The notes beneath the pieces were generated by a model that had not been told where the DNA came from, searched no databases, and was given only the letters and a program-made list of their open reading frames with translations. Shown piece by piece: positions 53,712-63,740 of a stretch of DNA of 64,000 nucleotides; position 1 is the stretch's first letter; each line of letters opens with the position of its first letter. The stretch comes from a virus (Duplodnaviria; Caudoviricetes): positions 96,001 to 160,000 of the IMG/VR virus record IMGVR_UViG_3300050821_001527, one strand, 5' to 3'. The position numbers were made by a program, and so were the translations under genes.

Positions 53712-54094
53712 GAGAGATAAGATTCCGCGTTTGGGACAAAAAGTATCAGCGATTCGTCAGCATCGAACCATTTGATACTGACCTGAACGACACGTTCGCC
53801 AACGACTCTTTCATCTTCCAGCAATGGACTGGCCTGCAAGACAGGAATGGCAAGGATATTTACGAAGGCGACATAGTTAGTGTCTATGACCCGGACAACA
53901 AGTTCGTGGTATCTTTTGGGAAAACGGAAAGGCAAGTTCTTTCCTATGATGGGCACACGATATTGCCCATTGAAATCGTTGGGTTCTATTTCAAGGCTCT
54001 GGATAACGGTCAGCCTTACTATAGCATCACCAATAATACCTTGGGCGAACACGACCTTAAAGGCACAATAGTCGTAGGACACGTTTTAAGCTAA
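53708..54094 (+). CDS. YopX-family protein
   Basis: MREIRFRVWD, QWTGLQDRNGKDIYEGDIV. Confidence 0.9.
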   Translation: MREIRFRVWDKKYQRFVSIEPFDTDLNDTFANDSFIFQQWTGLQDRNGKDIYEGDIVSVYDPDNKFVVSFGKTERQVLSYDGHTILPIEIVGFYFKALDNGQPYYSITNNTLGEHDLKGTIVVGHVLS

Positions 54095-54100
54095 CACAAT

Positions 54101-55192
54101 ATGAACAACACCGACCAAGAATACTTCCGTCTCCTGCGCCTTATCCTCGATAATGGCCGCACGAAAGTCAATCGAACCGGCGTGGATACCATCGGCGTTT
54201 TCGGCGCACAGGCGCGTTTCAATCTCGCCGAAGGCTTCCCACTTCTAACTACCAAGAAAGTCTTTCTCAAGGCCATCATCCACGAACTGCTCTGGTTCAT
54301 CAAGGGCGACACGAATATCAAGTATCTGGTTGATAACGACGTTCACATTTGGGACGAGTGGGCCTACAAGCGTTTCTGCGATGCTCAAAAAGGGACGGAC
54401 GGAGTTATTACGAAAGCCCTTATTGACCAAAAGCAATTCATTCAGAATATCAAGGAATTTCCTGAATTTGCCGCTAGATGGGGCGACCTTGGAGAAGGCA
54501 CCTACGGAGGCATGTGGAGGGCGTTTCCTTACTACCGCGAATACGATGACGGCGAGGATGGTTCCGACTGCGCTACTATACAACGCGCCCATGAAACGAT
54601 TGACCAACTCAAAAAAGTCGTGGATAAGCTGAAAACCAATCCCGATGACCGTCGCATGATTGTCAGCGCGTGGCATCCTTACTGGGTTGACCATTGTGCC
54701 CTACCGCCGTGTCATTGTCTTTTCCACTTCAACACGGAAGAACTAACCGTCTCTGAGCGACTGGACGTGTATCACAAGGGAGGCTACAACTTGCTTCCGA
54801 AGTATCTTGGCGCGGACGATGCCACGGCGCACAAGAATCTGGATGATATTGGCGTTCCCAAACGCAGGCTTAACTGCTTGCTCTATCAACGCTCCTGTGA
54901 CACGTTCTTAGGCGTTCCATTCAATATCGCCAGCTACGCGCTCTTGACGAGCATGATTGCCAAGGTGGTCAACATGGTTCCCGGCGAGTTTGTCCACACC
55001 TACGGCGACTTGCACATTTACAAGAACCATCTGGAACAGGTCAAGGAACAGCTTTCGCGCAAACCGTTCGACAAGCTTCCTACCTTGAAACTGAACCCCG
55101 CCGTCACCGATTTATTTCAATATAAATACGAGGACATTTCAGTCATGGGATATGAATGTCATCCCGCCATCAAAGCCCCCATCGCTGTCTAA
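54101..55192 (+). CDS. thyA: Thymidylate synthase
   Basis: [46 protein letters not shown]. Confidence 0.97.
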   Translation: MNNTDQEYFRLLRLILDNGRTKVNRTGVDTIGVFGAQARFNLAEGFPLLTTKKVFLKAIIHELLWFIKGDTNIKYLVDNDVHIWDEWAYKRFCDAQKGTDGVITKALIDQKQFIQNIKEFPEFAARWGDLGEGTYGGMWRAFPYYREYDDGEDGSDCATIQRAHETIDQLKKVVDKLKTNPDDRRMIVSAWHPYWVDHCALPPCHCLFHFNTEELTVSERLDVYHKGGYNLLPKYLGADDATAHKNLDDIGVPKRRLNCLLYQRSCDTFLGVPFNIASYALLTSMIAKVVNMVPGEFVHTYGDLHIYKNHLEQVKEQLSRKPFDKLPTLKLNPAVTDLFQYKYEDISVMGYECHPAIKAPIAV

Positions 55193-55193
55193 T

Positions 55194-55648
55194 ATGAAAA
55201 CCAACGAACGTAAAGACGCGGAAGAAATCGTCAGAAGGCTGCGCGAGCGCAATCCCGCAGCTTTCAATGGACTCATAGACGAGAACATTACATTGGAGGA
55301 CTTCGCTGAAATAGTCATTGTCCAATACAAGGCTTTCAACGCGGGAGCCAAAGAGTTGAGGCCCGACAAGAACGTAAAGGTTCCAGATTACGTTTGGTCA
55401 ACCGAAGGCTACGACCCAAGCAGATTGCCAAAATGAAATTCGACCACGAACATTGCGATAAGTGCGAGAAAGTAACCCCGCACTACAACGGGAAGTGCGG
55501 CCCCTGTGAAACGGCAGCGGGAAACAAGGCCCGCCGCCTGCACTTTGCTTCCCTAAAGGGCTTGACAGTTGAGGAAAGGCTTGATAGGATTGAAAAGTGG
55601 CAATACGAAATGCAAATCAGTCCCCCGTGGATTGAGCCAACCTACTAA
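55194..55648 (+). other. Two small hypothetical CDS (55194-55436; 55433-55648)
   Basis: Coupled ORFs. Confidence 0.5.
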
Positions 55649-55857
55649 ACCATGAACTACCGAAACGAAATACCTGCTGGAATCCCCCGAAATAAGACCG
55701 AACTGCGAGAAATGCAAGCCGCCCAAGTCAAGACCCCTCCGCTTACGGCTGGATTGGTTATTTTGGGTGCGGCGTTCGTCATTTTACTGGGCGTTTTGAC
55801 GATTATCCACATGGTTCGCTAATACGAATCAATAAAATTCAATAAATTGAAATAAAT

Positions 55858-56361
55858 ATGGCAACTTTTCGCGCAATCGTGGCAATGGGTGAAAATCGTG
55901 AAATCGGCGAGGGAGACAAGATTCCTTGGCGTCTCAAGGCCGATATGCAGCACTTTAAACGCACCACCATGAACGGCCATGTCCTTTTTGGCCGCAAGAC
56001 GTTTGATTGCCTGCCCAATAAGACCCTCGTAAACCGCACCATTTGGGTTCTGACGCGCCGTAACCCTGACGGATGGACTAAGACGACCAACCACGGTCTG
56101 ACGCTCTCCTGCGCCACCAACGTCGTGGAATCGCTATCCCAGCTTCCCGACGGACAGGACTATTGGGTTTGTGGAGGTTCTCAAATCTATTCCCTGCTCT
56201 TGGACAAGCTGGACGAGGTAGTCTGCACCCATGTTTCGGGTAAATTTTCCCAAGCGGACGCCCACATGTCTGCATTCGAGCATCTTTTCGCCCGAAAAGA
56301 CATCTTGACTACCGGCGAAGGATACAGTATCGTCAGGTATTATGATAAGATTACTGGTTAG
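55858..56361 (+). CDS. folA: Dihydrofolate reductase
   Basis: IG..IPW.L..DM.HFK..T, GRKTF, LP..R, GG.QIY. Confidence 0.93.
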   Translation: MATFRAIVAMGENREIGEGDKIPWRLKADMQHFKRTTMNGHVLFGRKTFDCLPNKTLVNRTIWVLTRRNPDGWTKTTNHGLTLSCATNVVESLSQLPDGQDYWVCGGSQIYSLLLDKLDEVVCTHVSGKFSQADAHMSAFEHLFARKDILTTGEGYSIVRYYDKITG

Positions 56362-56636
56362 AATTTTCTGCGCTTTAGTTTTTGGGAAGCAGCCCCATTT
56401 TCATACGTGGGGCAAATGGGAAACTGAATGCCGCAGCACTTGGTCAAGACAGCATCGCCAATGTCGCACCTGTGGCAAGGAACAATCTAGGATATTTTAA
56501 GTGTTGAAGATGGCCCTGCCGATGCCTTTGACGAAGAACCAAAGGTTATTCCAGCGCAGGACGAGAATGCTCAATAGGAAGCATTGAACATTGAGTAGCA
56601 AACTTTCGAGACGTTCGTTCACTTATTATATTACAC

Positions 56637-57227
56637 ATGGATGGCCTGAAAAACAGAACTGGTTGGCAGAATGCCAGCAGCCTCAAAGCTTCCGCGACTG
56701 AAAGCAGCTTCGCACAGGCCATGAGCGCGGCTTTCGTGGGAACGGATTTTCGTTTGAGGCATAAGCCAAGGGAGTTCCGAAACATCTATCTACAAATTCC
56801 CTTGGATGCAGCCATCGCCGCCTCCATTTATCAGCCGATTAAGCCTTACAAGCACGGTGTTATTCCCGACTATGCCATTGACAACATTGTCACTGGGAAA
56901 ACGCTCTACGTCGAAGTCAAACGTCAGGATGGCTGGGTGGAGGGAAAGACCAGTTCGGCAGGGAGAGGAAACGCCCATGAAAGGTCTTGTAAATTCTTTA
57001 CGCCCGGATTGCTGCAAATTTTAAGGGCCAAAGGGAAGCTGGATGATTCAGTTTTGCCGTTTTGGGCCGTATATCAGGGAGATATTGCGCGTGACCCGAA
57101 GCGTGTCCGTGAAATCCATTGCTGGTTCAGCGGGTATTCCAACCACTTCTTTCTGTGGCAGGACATAAATATCTCGCATCCTTTAGTTACCCATTTTCAA
57201 ACCAAACTGAAACAAATCCTCGAATGA
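56637..57227 (+). CDS. MunI-like type II restriction endonuclease
   Basis: PD..EVKRQDGWVEGK..SAGRGNAHERSCK.FTPGLL, PFW.V..GDI.RDPKRVREI as recalled for MunI. Confidence 0.85.
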   Translation: MDGLKNRTGWQNASSLKASATESSFAQAMSAAFVGTDFRLRHKPREFRNIYLQIPLDAAIAASIYQPIKPYKHGVIPDYAIDNIVTGKTLYVEVKRQDGWVEGKTSSAGRGNAHERSCKFFTPGLLQILRAKGKLDDSVLPFWAVYQGDIARDPKRVREIHCWFSGYSNHFFLWQDINISHPLVTHFQTKLKQILE

Positions 57228-58798
57228 ATCCCATCCCTCTAATCCCGTTCGACAAACCCGAGTGGCGCGTGGTCAAAGAAAAGCACGTCCGCTACAAGAT
57301 TGTCAACTACAAGAAATATTACCAGCGTTCGCCCGGAACACCGCGCAACGGCAAGACGATTTTCGTTTATGACTTCGGTGACGGGTTGAACGTCATTCGC
57401 ATGAGCTATTCCGCCTCCAAGGGTGCAACCGGAGTGGAATTCGCCCGCCAAGGAGCCGACACGTTTCGTTTGCGTGTCAGGAACGGCAGGCTGGTCATTT
57501 GGAAAACCCAACTTACCCCGGACAGGGGCCGCATCGTCCGCAATGTTTCCAACCGCATTGACGACCTGAAAAGAATTTTGCTGAACTTTGGCAATAAGAA
57601 TACCTATTCCAAACCTTTCCAGAAGCCTGAACCAAAGCCTAAGCAGGAACAGTCCGATGAAATCCCCCTGAGCCACAGAATCTCCGAGCTTATGGACAGT
57701 AGTAGCGACTGGCCAGAAGTTACGAAAACCCAAGTGCGTGTGATTAAGTCTGTAAACGCACGTCTGAACAAGATTTTGATTCACTTCCTCAAGCGTCACG
57801 GAATCAAGTTCAAATACGGCAGGGACTTCTTCGAGAATCTGCGTGTCGCCTGCTATCCCTTCACGGAAGGTTTCGCCCTCAAGAGCAATTCGCTCAACGC
57901 GGTTTACTCGCGCCATTTTATTCACGGGGACATTAAGCATGTAGTCAAGAAATGCTTCGGCACGGACGGCGGAAAGCTTACCCGCATGGTCTGCGAACGA
58001 ATCCGTAAAGACCAAAACTTCGATGTTCTGTGTCTAGGCGCGGTCATCAAGGGACTCATGCCCGTGGATTATGTCTATCAGGCTTTGGAGAAGGCCAACG
58101 TCACCAAAATCAAGGACGTTGACAAAAATCGAGTAGGCGTCAAATTGAACGTCGTCAGGGCATTACTCAAGAACTACAACGCCTCCCGCGTTTTGAAGCT
58201 CGTTCTCGACGAGAATTTCGGAGAATGGTATTTCAACGACTCCATCATCATTTACGGCCAGCGTAAAGCCGAGCCTGACTTCCAGATTATCGAAAAGCCG
58301 AAAAGCTGGCAGGAAATACACGACTATCTCGCGCCCCGCCGTCTAGCAGCTTCCGTCAAGACCGAAGAAATGGAACTGCCCGTCTCGCCGAAATACAAGG
58401 AGATAGACGGATTGGAATACGAAGGATTCAAGATAGAAGTCCCCAAGCACACGAACGACCTTGTTTCCTACGCCAACCAGATGCAGAACTGTATTCGCTG
58501 GTATGGCTCACAGGTAGTCGCCAAGCAATGCAACATCCTTGGTATCTACAAGGAGGATAAGCTGGTTTACAACATTTCGATTCGCAGCAAGGTCATTGAC
58601 CAGTTCAGGGGTAAGTGTAATTCCGAACCAGACCCGGAGGATAAGTCAAAGATTCTCAAGGCTCTCTTGGAGAAGGGAATCATTTCCTCGCTACCCGACG
58701 ACAGACGAGACTCTTTGGCTCTGGCCCGCGCAGTTATCGCCCCGCCCGTCCCGGTTCCCCTTGTAGTGGCAAACGACGACGGAGGCGTTCCATTCTAA
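57224..58798 (+). CDS. Large protein with C-terminal PcfJ-like domain
   Basis: P....DL..YA.QM.NCI..Y, I.QFRG..N. Confidence 0.75.
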   Translation: MNPIPLIPFDKPEWRVVKEKHVRYKIVNYKKYYQRSPGTPRNGKTIFVYDFGDGLNVIRMSYSASKGATGVEFARQGADTFRLRVRNGRLVIWKTQLTPDRGRIVRNVSNRIDDLKRILLNFGNKNTYSKPFQKPEPKPKQEQSDEIPLSHRISELMDSSSDWPEVTKTQVRVIKSVNARLNKILIHFLKRHGIKFKYGRDFFENLRVACYPFTEGFALKSNSLNAVYSRHFIHGDIKHVVKKCFGTDGGKLTRMVCERIRKDQNFDVLCLGAVIKGLMPVDYVYQALEKANVTKIKDVDKNRVGVKLNVVRALLKNYNASRVLKLVLDENFGEWYFNDSIIIYGQRKAEPDFQIIEKPKSWQEIHDYLAPRRLAASVKTEEMELPVSPKYKEIDGLEYEGFKIEVPKHTNDLVSYANQMQNCIRWYGSQVVAKQCNILGIYKEDKLVYNISIRSKVIDQFRGKCNSEPDPEDKSKILKALLEKGIISSLPDDRRDSLALARAVIAPPVPVPLVVANDDGGVPF

Positions 58799-59265
58799 TG
58801 CAAAACAAAACATTCGGTTTCCAAACCCAAATGGCGATAGGCGACAAGGGAGAGCAGGACTTCAAACAATACTACGCTCATCTAGGCCCGGTCAAAAGCG
58901 AGGATAGGGCGATTGACTTCATTCTGGCCGATGGCACGACTGTCGAACTAAAATCCGACAGCTACCCGATGGAAAAGACCGAGAACTTTTTCATGGAAAC
59001 TTTGAGCGATACCAAGTCCGGCAAGCTTGGGGGTGTCTTTAGGGCAAGGAATGATAAAATTCATTTTTTTGTATATTATTACCCCGCCAACAAGACGTTC
59101 TTCTGGTTCGAGGTTGAAAAACTTTGTGCCGAAGTCGAAAGGCTGATTGGCACCGGAAAATACAGGGTCAAGTCCATCAAAAACAGGTCATGGACTACCG
59201 AGGGTTACGCCCTGTCCCGCAGCCTGTTCGAGAAGGTCATGCTGAGAAAAGACGTTTTTCCTTGA
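58798..59265 (+). CDS. PD-(D/E)XK nuclease-like protein
   Basis: GE..F, DF...VELKSD, N.F.E. Confidence 0.6.
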   Translation: MQNKTFGFQTQMAIGDKGEQDFKQYYAHLGPVKSEDRAIDFILADGTTVELKSDSYPMEKTENFFMETLSDTKSGKLGGVFRARNDKIHFFVYYYPANKTFFWFEVEKLCAEVERLIGTGKYRVKSIKNRSWTTEGYALSRSLFEKVMLRKDVFP

Positions 59266-59296
59266 CTTTAGGCGTAAATACTGTCAATATCAGTAA

Positions 59297-60466
59297 ATGA
59301 AAATCTACGCCGAAAACACTCGCGTCCCAATCAAGTCTTGGTGTGAAAACCCGGAAGCCGGGGCTATCAAGCAGGCCGAGAACATGGCCAACCTGCCATT
59401 CACTTTCAGACACGTCGCCCTCATGCCCGACACCCATCAAGGCTTTGGTATGCCTATCGGTGGAGTTCTGGCTACCGATAACGTCATCATTCCGAACGCT
59501 GTCGGAGTTGACATTGGGTGCGGTATGTGTTCCATCGAATCCAACATCCAAACTTGGGACAGGGAACTGTTGACGGAAGCCATCAAGGAAATCCGCTACA
59601 ACGTTCCTGTCGGATTCAGCCGCCATCTTACCGCGAAGCCTGTGGACAAGCTGCCCGCCAGCACGTCCCCGAACGCCTACTATGAGAAGTTCCTTGAGCC
59701 GTCCCTGTTCCAACTCGGAACCTTGGGCGGCGGGAATCACTTCATCGAATTACAGAAGAACCCGAACGGAAATCTGTGCGTGATGATTCACTCTGGTAGC
59801 CGCAACATCGGGAAGCAGGTTGCCGACTATTACAACAAGCTCGCCCTCGCTCTGAACCAGCGTTATTTCAGTCAGGTCACGAAGGAAACCGACTTGGCGT
59901 TCCTGCCGCTTGACTCTGCCGAGGGTCAGGCTTACTTGGCGGAAATGACTTACTGTGTCGCGTTTGCCTTGGCGAACCGCATGGAAATGATGAACGCTTG
60001 CCAGCAAGCCATCTACAAGGTTTTCAAGCCTTTGCAACAGGTCGAGTTCACGAACTTCATCAACATTCCGCACAATTATGCGAAGGTTGAAAAGCACTTC
60101 GGCAAGGAAGTCGTCGTCCACCGCAAGGGCGCGACGAATGCCAGCGAGGGCGTCATTGGGCTAATCCCCGGCTCGCAGGGCACCAAGAGCTACGTGGTGC
60201 GCGGCAAGGGTAATCGTGAGAGCTTCGAGAGTTGCTCCCACGGCGCAGGCCGCAAGATGGGCCGCATGGTCGCCAAACGCACTCTGAACATCGAAGACGA
60301 GCAACGCAAGCTGGACGAACTTGGAGTCATTCATGCCGTCCGCGCCAACTCTGACTTGGACGAGGCTCCGGGTTCCTATAAGGACATTGACGTGGTTATG
60401 AGCGAGCAAACCGACCTGATTGACGTTATCGAAGAACGCACTCCTTTGGGAGTCGTGAAGGGGTAA
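59297..60466 (+). CDS. rtcB: RtcB RNA 3'-phosphate/5'-OH ligase
   Basis: MPDTH.G.G.PIG, GVDIGCG, GTLGGGNHFIE, HSGSR, HN, HRKGA, SHGAGR, DEAP.SYK. Confidence 0.97.
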   Translation: MKIYAENTRVPIKSWCENPEAGAIKQAENMANLPFTFRHVALMPDTHQGFGMPIGGVLATDNVIIPNAVGVDIGCGMCSIESNIQTWDRELLTEAIKEIRYNVPVGFSRHLTAKPVDKLPASTSPNAYYEKFLEPSLFQLGTLGGGNHFIELQKNPNGNLCVMIHSGSRNIGKQVADYYNKLALALNQRYFSQVTKETDLAFLPLDSAEGQAYLAEMTYCVAFALANRMEMMNACQQAIYKVFKPLQQVEFTNFINIPHNYAKVEKHFGKEVVVHRKGATNASEGVIGLIPGSQGTKSYVVRGKGNRESFESCSHGAGRKMGRMVAKRTLNIEDEQRKLDELGVIHAVRANSDLDEAPGSYKDIDVVMSEQTDLIDVIEERTPLGVVKG

Positions 60467-60823
60467 GGGGGCTATCCCCCATTTACGTTATGGGCTAATC
60501 GTGCTATGATGGAGTATGAAGTCAAAAATGAAAAAATTAGTCCATCAATGTTCAGCCGCAATATACGCGGCGACCAGCATTAAACCCGAGTTCACTGAAC
60601 TTGGGGAGTTCGTGTTATGGCAAATCGCGGTGGGTGTCGGCGATAAGGAGTCTTATCTCGACGCCCCGCGACCATGCCACAAAGACAGATAAATATGAGC
60701 AGACGATACAAGCAAGACGACGATACGACCCTGATGGGGATTGGGATGTTTTTCTTGTTCGTGGTTATCTCCTGAGTAGAAACCCTTGACACCAACCGAA
60801 AGCTGGGCTATTATTATAGAACG

Positions 60824-61243
60824 ATGAAAATACAGCAAAAATCTCCCCCTCCCGAAAAGCGAATTCTCGACAGCGGTTCCCGCCAGCAGTTTAAAACCGG
60901 CTCAGTCCGTGACACTTCCGAGGGTAAGGGGCGATTCGATTTGCTCCCGTTTTACGCTCTTTTGAAGGTCGCGCAGCACTTTGAGGAAGGTGCGAAGAAA
61001 TACGCGGAAGACAACTGGCGCAAGGGCCAGCCCGCTTCCCGCCTGTTTGATAGCTGCCAACGTCATTTGGCGAAATACGCAATGGGGTTCGAGGACGAGC
61101 CGCATTTGACCGCTGCCGCGTGGAATCTGCTTGCGCTTATCGAAACGCTCAAGCGAGTTGAGCTTGGTCAACTTCCGGCTGAACTAAACGATTTCCCGCG
61201 TGTCAAGATGGAATTTGACACCAAAGAGGACAAGAAAATCTAA
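60824..61243 (+). CDS. dATP/dGTP diphosphohydrolase-like (DUF5664-type) protein
   Basis: GK.RFDLLP, GAKKY..DNW.KG, RHL, HL.AAAWN. Confidence 0.85.
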   Translation: MKIQQKSPPPEKRILDSGSRQQFKTGSVRDTSEGKGRFDLLPFYALLKVAQHFEEGAKKYAEDNWRKGQPASRLFDSCQRHLAKYAMGFEDEPHLTAAAWNLLALIETLKRVELGQLPAELNDFPRVKMEFDTKEDKKI

Positions 61244-61458
61244 TGGAAAAGCATGGTTTAATGGCGCGATACCCGAGGGACACAGGACACCACTCTTGGG
61301 CGAGCCGTGACTATGAGGATGTGGATTGCAAGGCGGTTGGATGCCTTTTCAATCTACAAGAGAAATGTTCCGTTCCGTCCAGATGCAAGATAAATAGCGA
61401 AGGAAGATGCGAGGGATTTATGGCGCGTCCGACGCCCAAAAAAATTGACGGAGATTAA
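61243..61458 (+). CDS. Small Cys-rich protein
   Basis: C....C, C, C, C spacing. Confidence 0.5.
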   Translation: MEKHGLMARYPRDTGHHSWASRDYEDVDCKAVGCLFNLQEKCSVPSRCKINSEGRCEGFMARPTPKKIDGD

Positions 61459-61625
61459 CATGCCCAAGACACAAGAACGTCCCAGTAAGAAAAAGGTGGA
61501 GAAATCCAGCCAACCCAAATCCGCGCCCGCAACGGAGCGCACGTCTCCGCGTCATTTGGGGTTTGGGCTTTACGATACGAGTGGCGGGCATTTAGGCTTT
61601 GGACTCTACAAGGTGGACAGATAAC

Positions 61626-62258
61626 ATGACAGACCGAGAACGCATCCTTTCAGCCGTGGTTTCCGAACTGGCAACGACACAACTTTTGTGTCGTGGCGGG
61701 TATTCGGAGCAGGATTTTAAGGGGCGTGGCTTGGGTGATACAGATGCTCCTTACGTTCATTTTGCGTATTATCGTGAGCCTGTCGCGGGTGATTTGGTCT
61801 TAGCTAAGACCGGCCATAACAGCGAGTGGAAAATTGGCTGGTATGTTCGCCGTCTTGATGCAGCTTTGGGTGGAGCAGTTATCCGCGAAATTGGTTCTGA
61901 AAGACTTTGTAACTACAGTAACGAGGGATTTGTCCCTATCGTTGGCATGTATAAGTCGGAAATACTGGAAGGGTTGCAATATAAGATTTCCAGACTCGTT
62001 CAGATGGCCTTTAAGAAGGGTGACGAATATTCCTACAGGTTTGCGGGAGTAGAATTCGTTGAAGGAAATAAGGCGATTATTTGGGTGCGTGAAGTTTGGG
62101 GCGGTTTATCCAAGCCTTCAAAACCGTTCTCAATCGAACTGATTTACGACAAGAAGACGACTATCAAGAAGATTCTGGAAGTCCTCCGCGCTGGCGGATA
62201 CGGAACAAGAAAATTCGAGTTGGTGAATCCCGACCCGTCCCCAAATTTAATTCAATAA
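61626..62258 (+). CDS. Hypothetical protein
   Basis: 210-aa ORF. Confidence 0.65.
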   Translation: MTDRERILSAVVSELATTQLLCRGGYSEQDFKGRGLGDTDAPYVHFAYYREPVAGDLVLAKTGHNSEWKIGWYVRRLDAALGGAVIREIGSERLCNYSNEGFVPIVGMYKSEILEGLQYKISRLVQMAFKKGDEYSYRFAGVEFVEGNKAIIWVREVWGGLSKPSKPFSIELIYDKKTTIKKILEVLRAGGYGTRKFELVNPDPSPNLIQ

Positions 62259-62260
62259 AT

Positions 62261-62881
62261 ATGAGAATGCAAACAGTAAGATACAAGGCGTTTAATCCCG
62301 AGCTTCCCGTCATCGCCCCCAAGCGTGGGACTGCGAGTGCTGCCGGTTATGATTTGACCTACGTGGGCTATCCGGTCATTCTTGAACCGGGCAAGCGTTA
62401 TGCCTTTCCCACGAATCTCATTCTTGAAATACCTGAGTCGTTTTACGGACGCATCGCCCCTCGTTCCGGCCTCGCCTTCAAACAGGGCATTGATGTTCTC
62501 GCCGGGGTCATAGACTCTGACTACAGGGGCGAAGTCAAGGTAATCCTCGTTAATTTGGGGGACAAGTCAGCTTCGTTTTTGAACGGGGACAAGATTGCTC
62601 AAATAATCTTTGAGCGTTATTACGACTTCGTGGTTGAGCCTGCCGACCAGCTTGAGGAATCCGAGCGCGGCGAAGGCGGTTTCGGAAGCACCGACAAGAA
62701 AAGCAAGGTAGAGTTACTCTGCAAAATCTGCGGAGGCTCATGGGATAAAGCGCACAGTGATACGGTGGGGTGTCCTGTCAAGAATGAGGAAGTAGTCTGC
62801 GCGACTTGCGGGGCACCCCCGGCATTTCCTACGGCTGTCAAAACGCCTTATTACTGCTCGTCTTGTCAAGGAATGGCCTAA
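62261..62881 (+). CDS. dut: Trimeric dUTPase with Cys-rich C-terminal extension
   Basis: AGYDL, APRSGLA, GVIDSDYRGE, IAQ, RGEGGFGST. Confidence 0.95.
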   Translation: MRMQTVRYKAFNPELPVIAPKRGTASAAGYDLTYVGYPVILEPGKRYAFPTNLILEIPESFYGRIAPRSGLAFKQGIDVLAGVIDSDYRGEVKVILVNLGDKSASFLNGDKIAQIIFERYYDFVVEPADQLEESERGEGGFGSTDKKSKVELLCKICGGSWDKAHSDTVGCPVKNEEVVCATCGAPPAFPTAVKTPYYCSSCQGMA

Positions 62882-62884
62882 TTT

Positions 62885-63739
62885 ATGAATACGACAGTCA
62901 TCTATCATCGTGCTGACTATGACGGGATTTTCTCCCGCGAAGTAGCCAAGCGTTTCCTTCCGGCCACGACCAATTACATTGGTTGGGACTACGGCGACCC
63001 CGTGCCGGAAATTCCGCTGGATACTAAGTTGTATATGATTGACCTGTCTATTGACGCCTTAATGACCTTTCCGGGGCTTATCTGGATTGACCATCACAAG
63101 TCGGCGATTGAAAAGTTTCCCGCCGCGCTCAAGGGCTATCGCATTGACGGGGTGGCGGCTTGTCGTTTGGCCTATCAATGGTTCCTGAAAGAACAACGCG
63201 ACCTTGCCGGGATGGTTTGGATGCTCCCCGACAAGCTGGAATTTGATGAACGCAGGGTTGAAGAACCCCTTGCACTTACTCTGGCGGGTGAATACGATGT
63301 TTGGGTGCATAAGGGTGATGGCGCGGTAGAGTTCCAATTTGGCCTTGACGCCCAACCGGAACTTGATTGGGACGAGCTATTCGACTCAGCCGATTACGTC
63401 AACAAGCTTGTCGGCGAAGGAGCGATTGCCATGCGTTGTTACACCAAGCGTGACGCCGTGAATGTCACGGAGCGCGGGTTCATTCACCAATGGGAAGGTC
63501 TGAATTTCCTCACGTTGAATACCGTTCGCAGCAACTCGAACAGCTTCGCCGCAAGGGACGTTCCTGAAACCGGCCACGACGCTTTGATGACCTACTTCTG
63601 GAATGGCAAGGTCTGGACATTCTCGCTCTATCACGCGAAGCACAACAAGGAAATTGACCTTTCCGCCATCGCCTCGAAATACAAGGGTGGCGGGCACAAA
63701 GGAGCCTGTGGATTCCAGTTGGCCCAACTCCCGTTCTAA
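62885..63739 (+). CDS. DHH/DHHA1 phosphoesterase
   Basis: IYH.AD.DG, D.S, IDHH.S, GGGH.GA.GF. Confidence 0.88.
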   Translation: MNTTVIYHRADYDGIFSREVAKRFLPATTNYIGWDYGDPVPEIPLDTKLYMIDLSIDALMTFPGLIWIDHHKSAIEKFPAALKGYRIDGVAACRLAYQWFLKEQRDLAGMVWMLPDKLEFDERRVEEPLALTLAGEYDVWVHKGDGAVEFQFGLDAQPELDWDELFDSADYVNKLVGEGAIAMRCYTKRDAVNVTERGFIHQWEGLNFLTLNTVRSNSNSFAARDVPETGHDALMTYFWNGKVWTFSLYHAKHNKEIDLSAIASKYKGGGHKGACGFQLAQLPF

Positions 63740-63740
63740 C

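Noticed and set aside
56362-56636. Methyltransferase partner for the MunI-like nuclease
   Set aside because: Only 275 nt available, with no MTase motifs; the downstream gene is PcfJ-like
60824-61243. 2-aminoadenine (Z) genome pathway
   Set aside because: No purZ or HD-family dATPase in the window; the diphosphohydrolase alone is insufficient evidence
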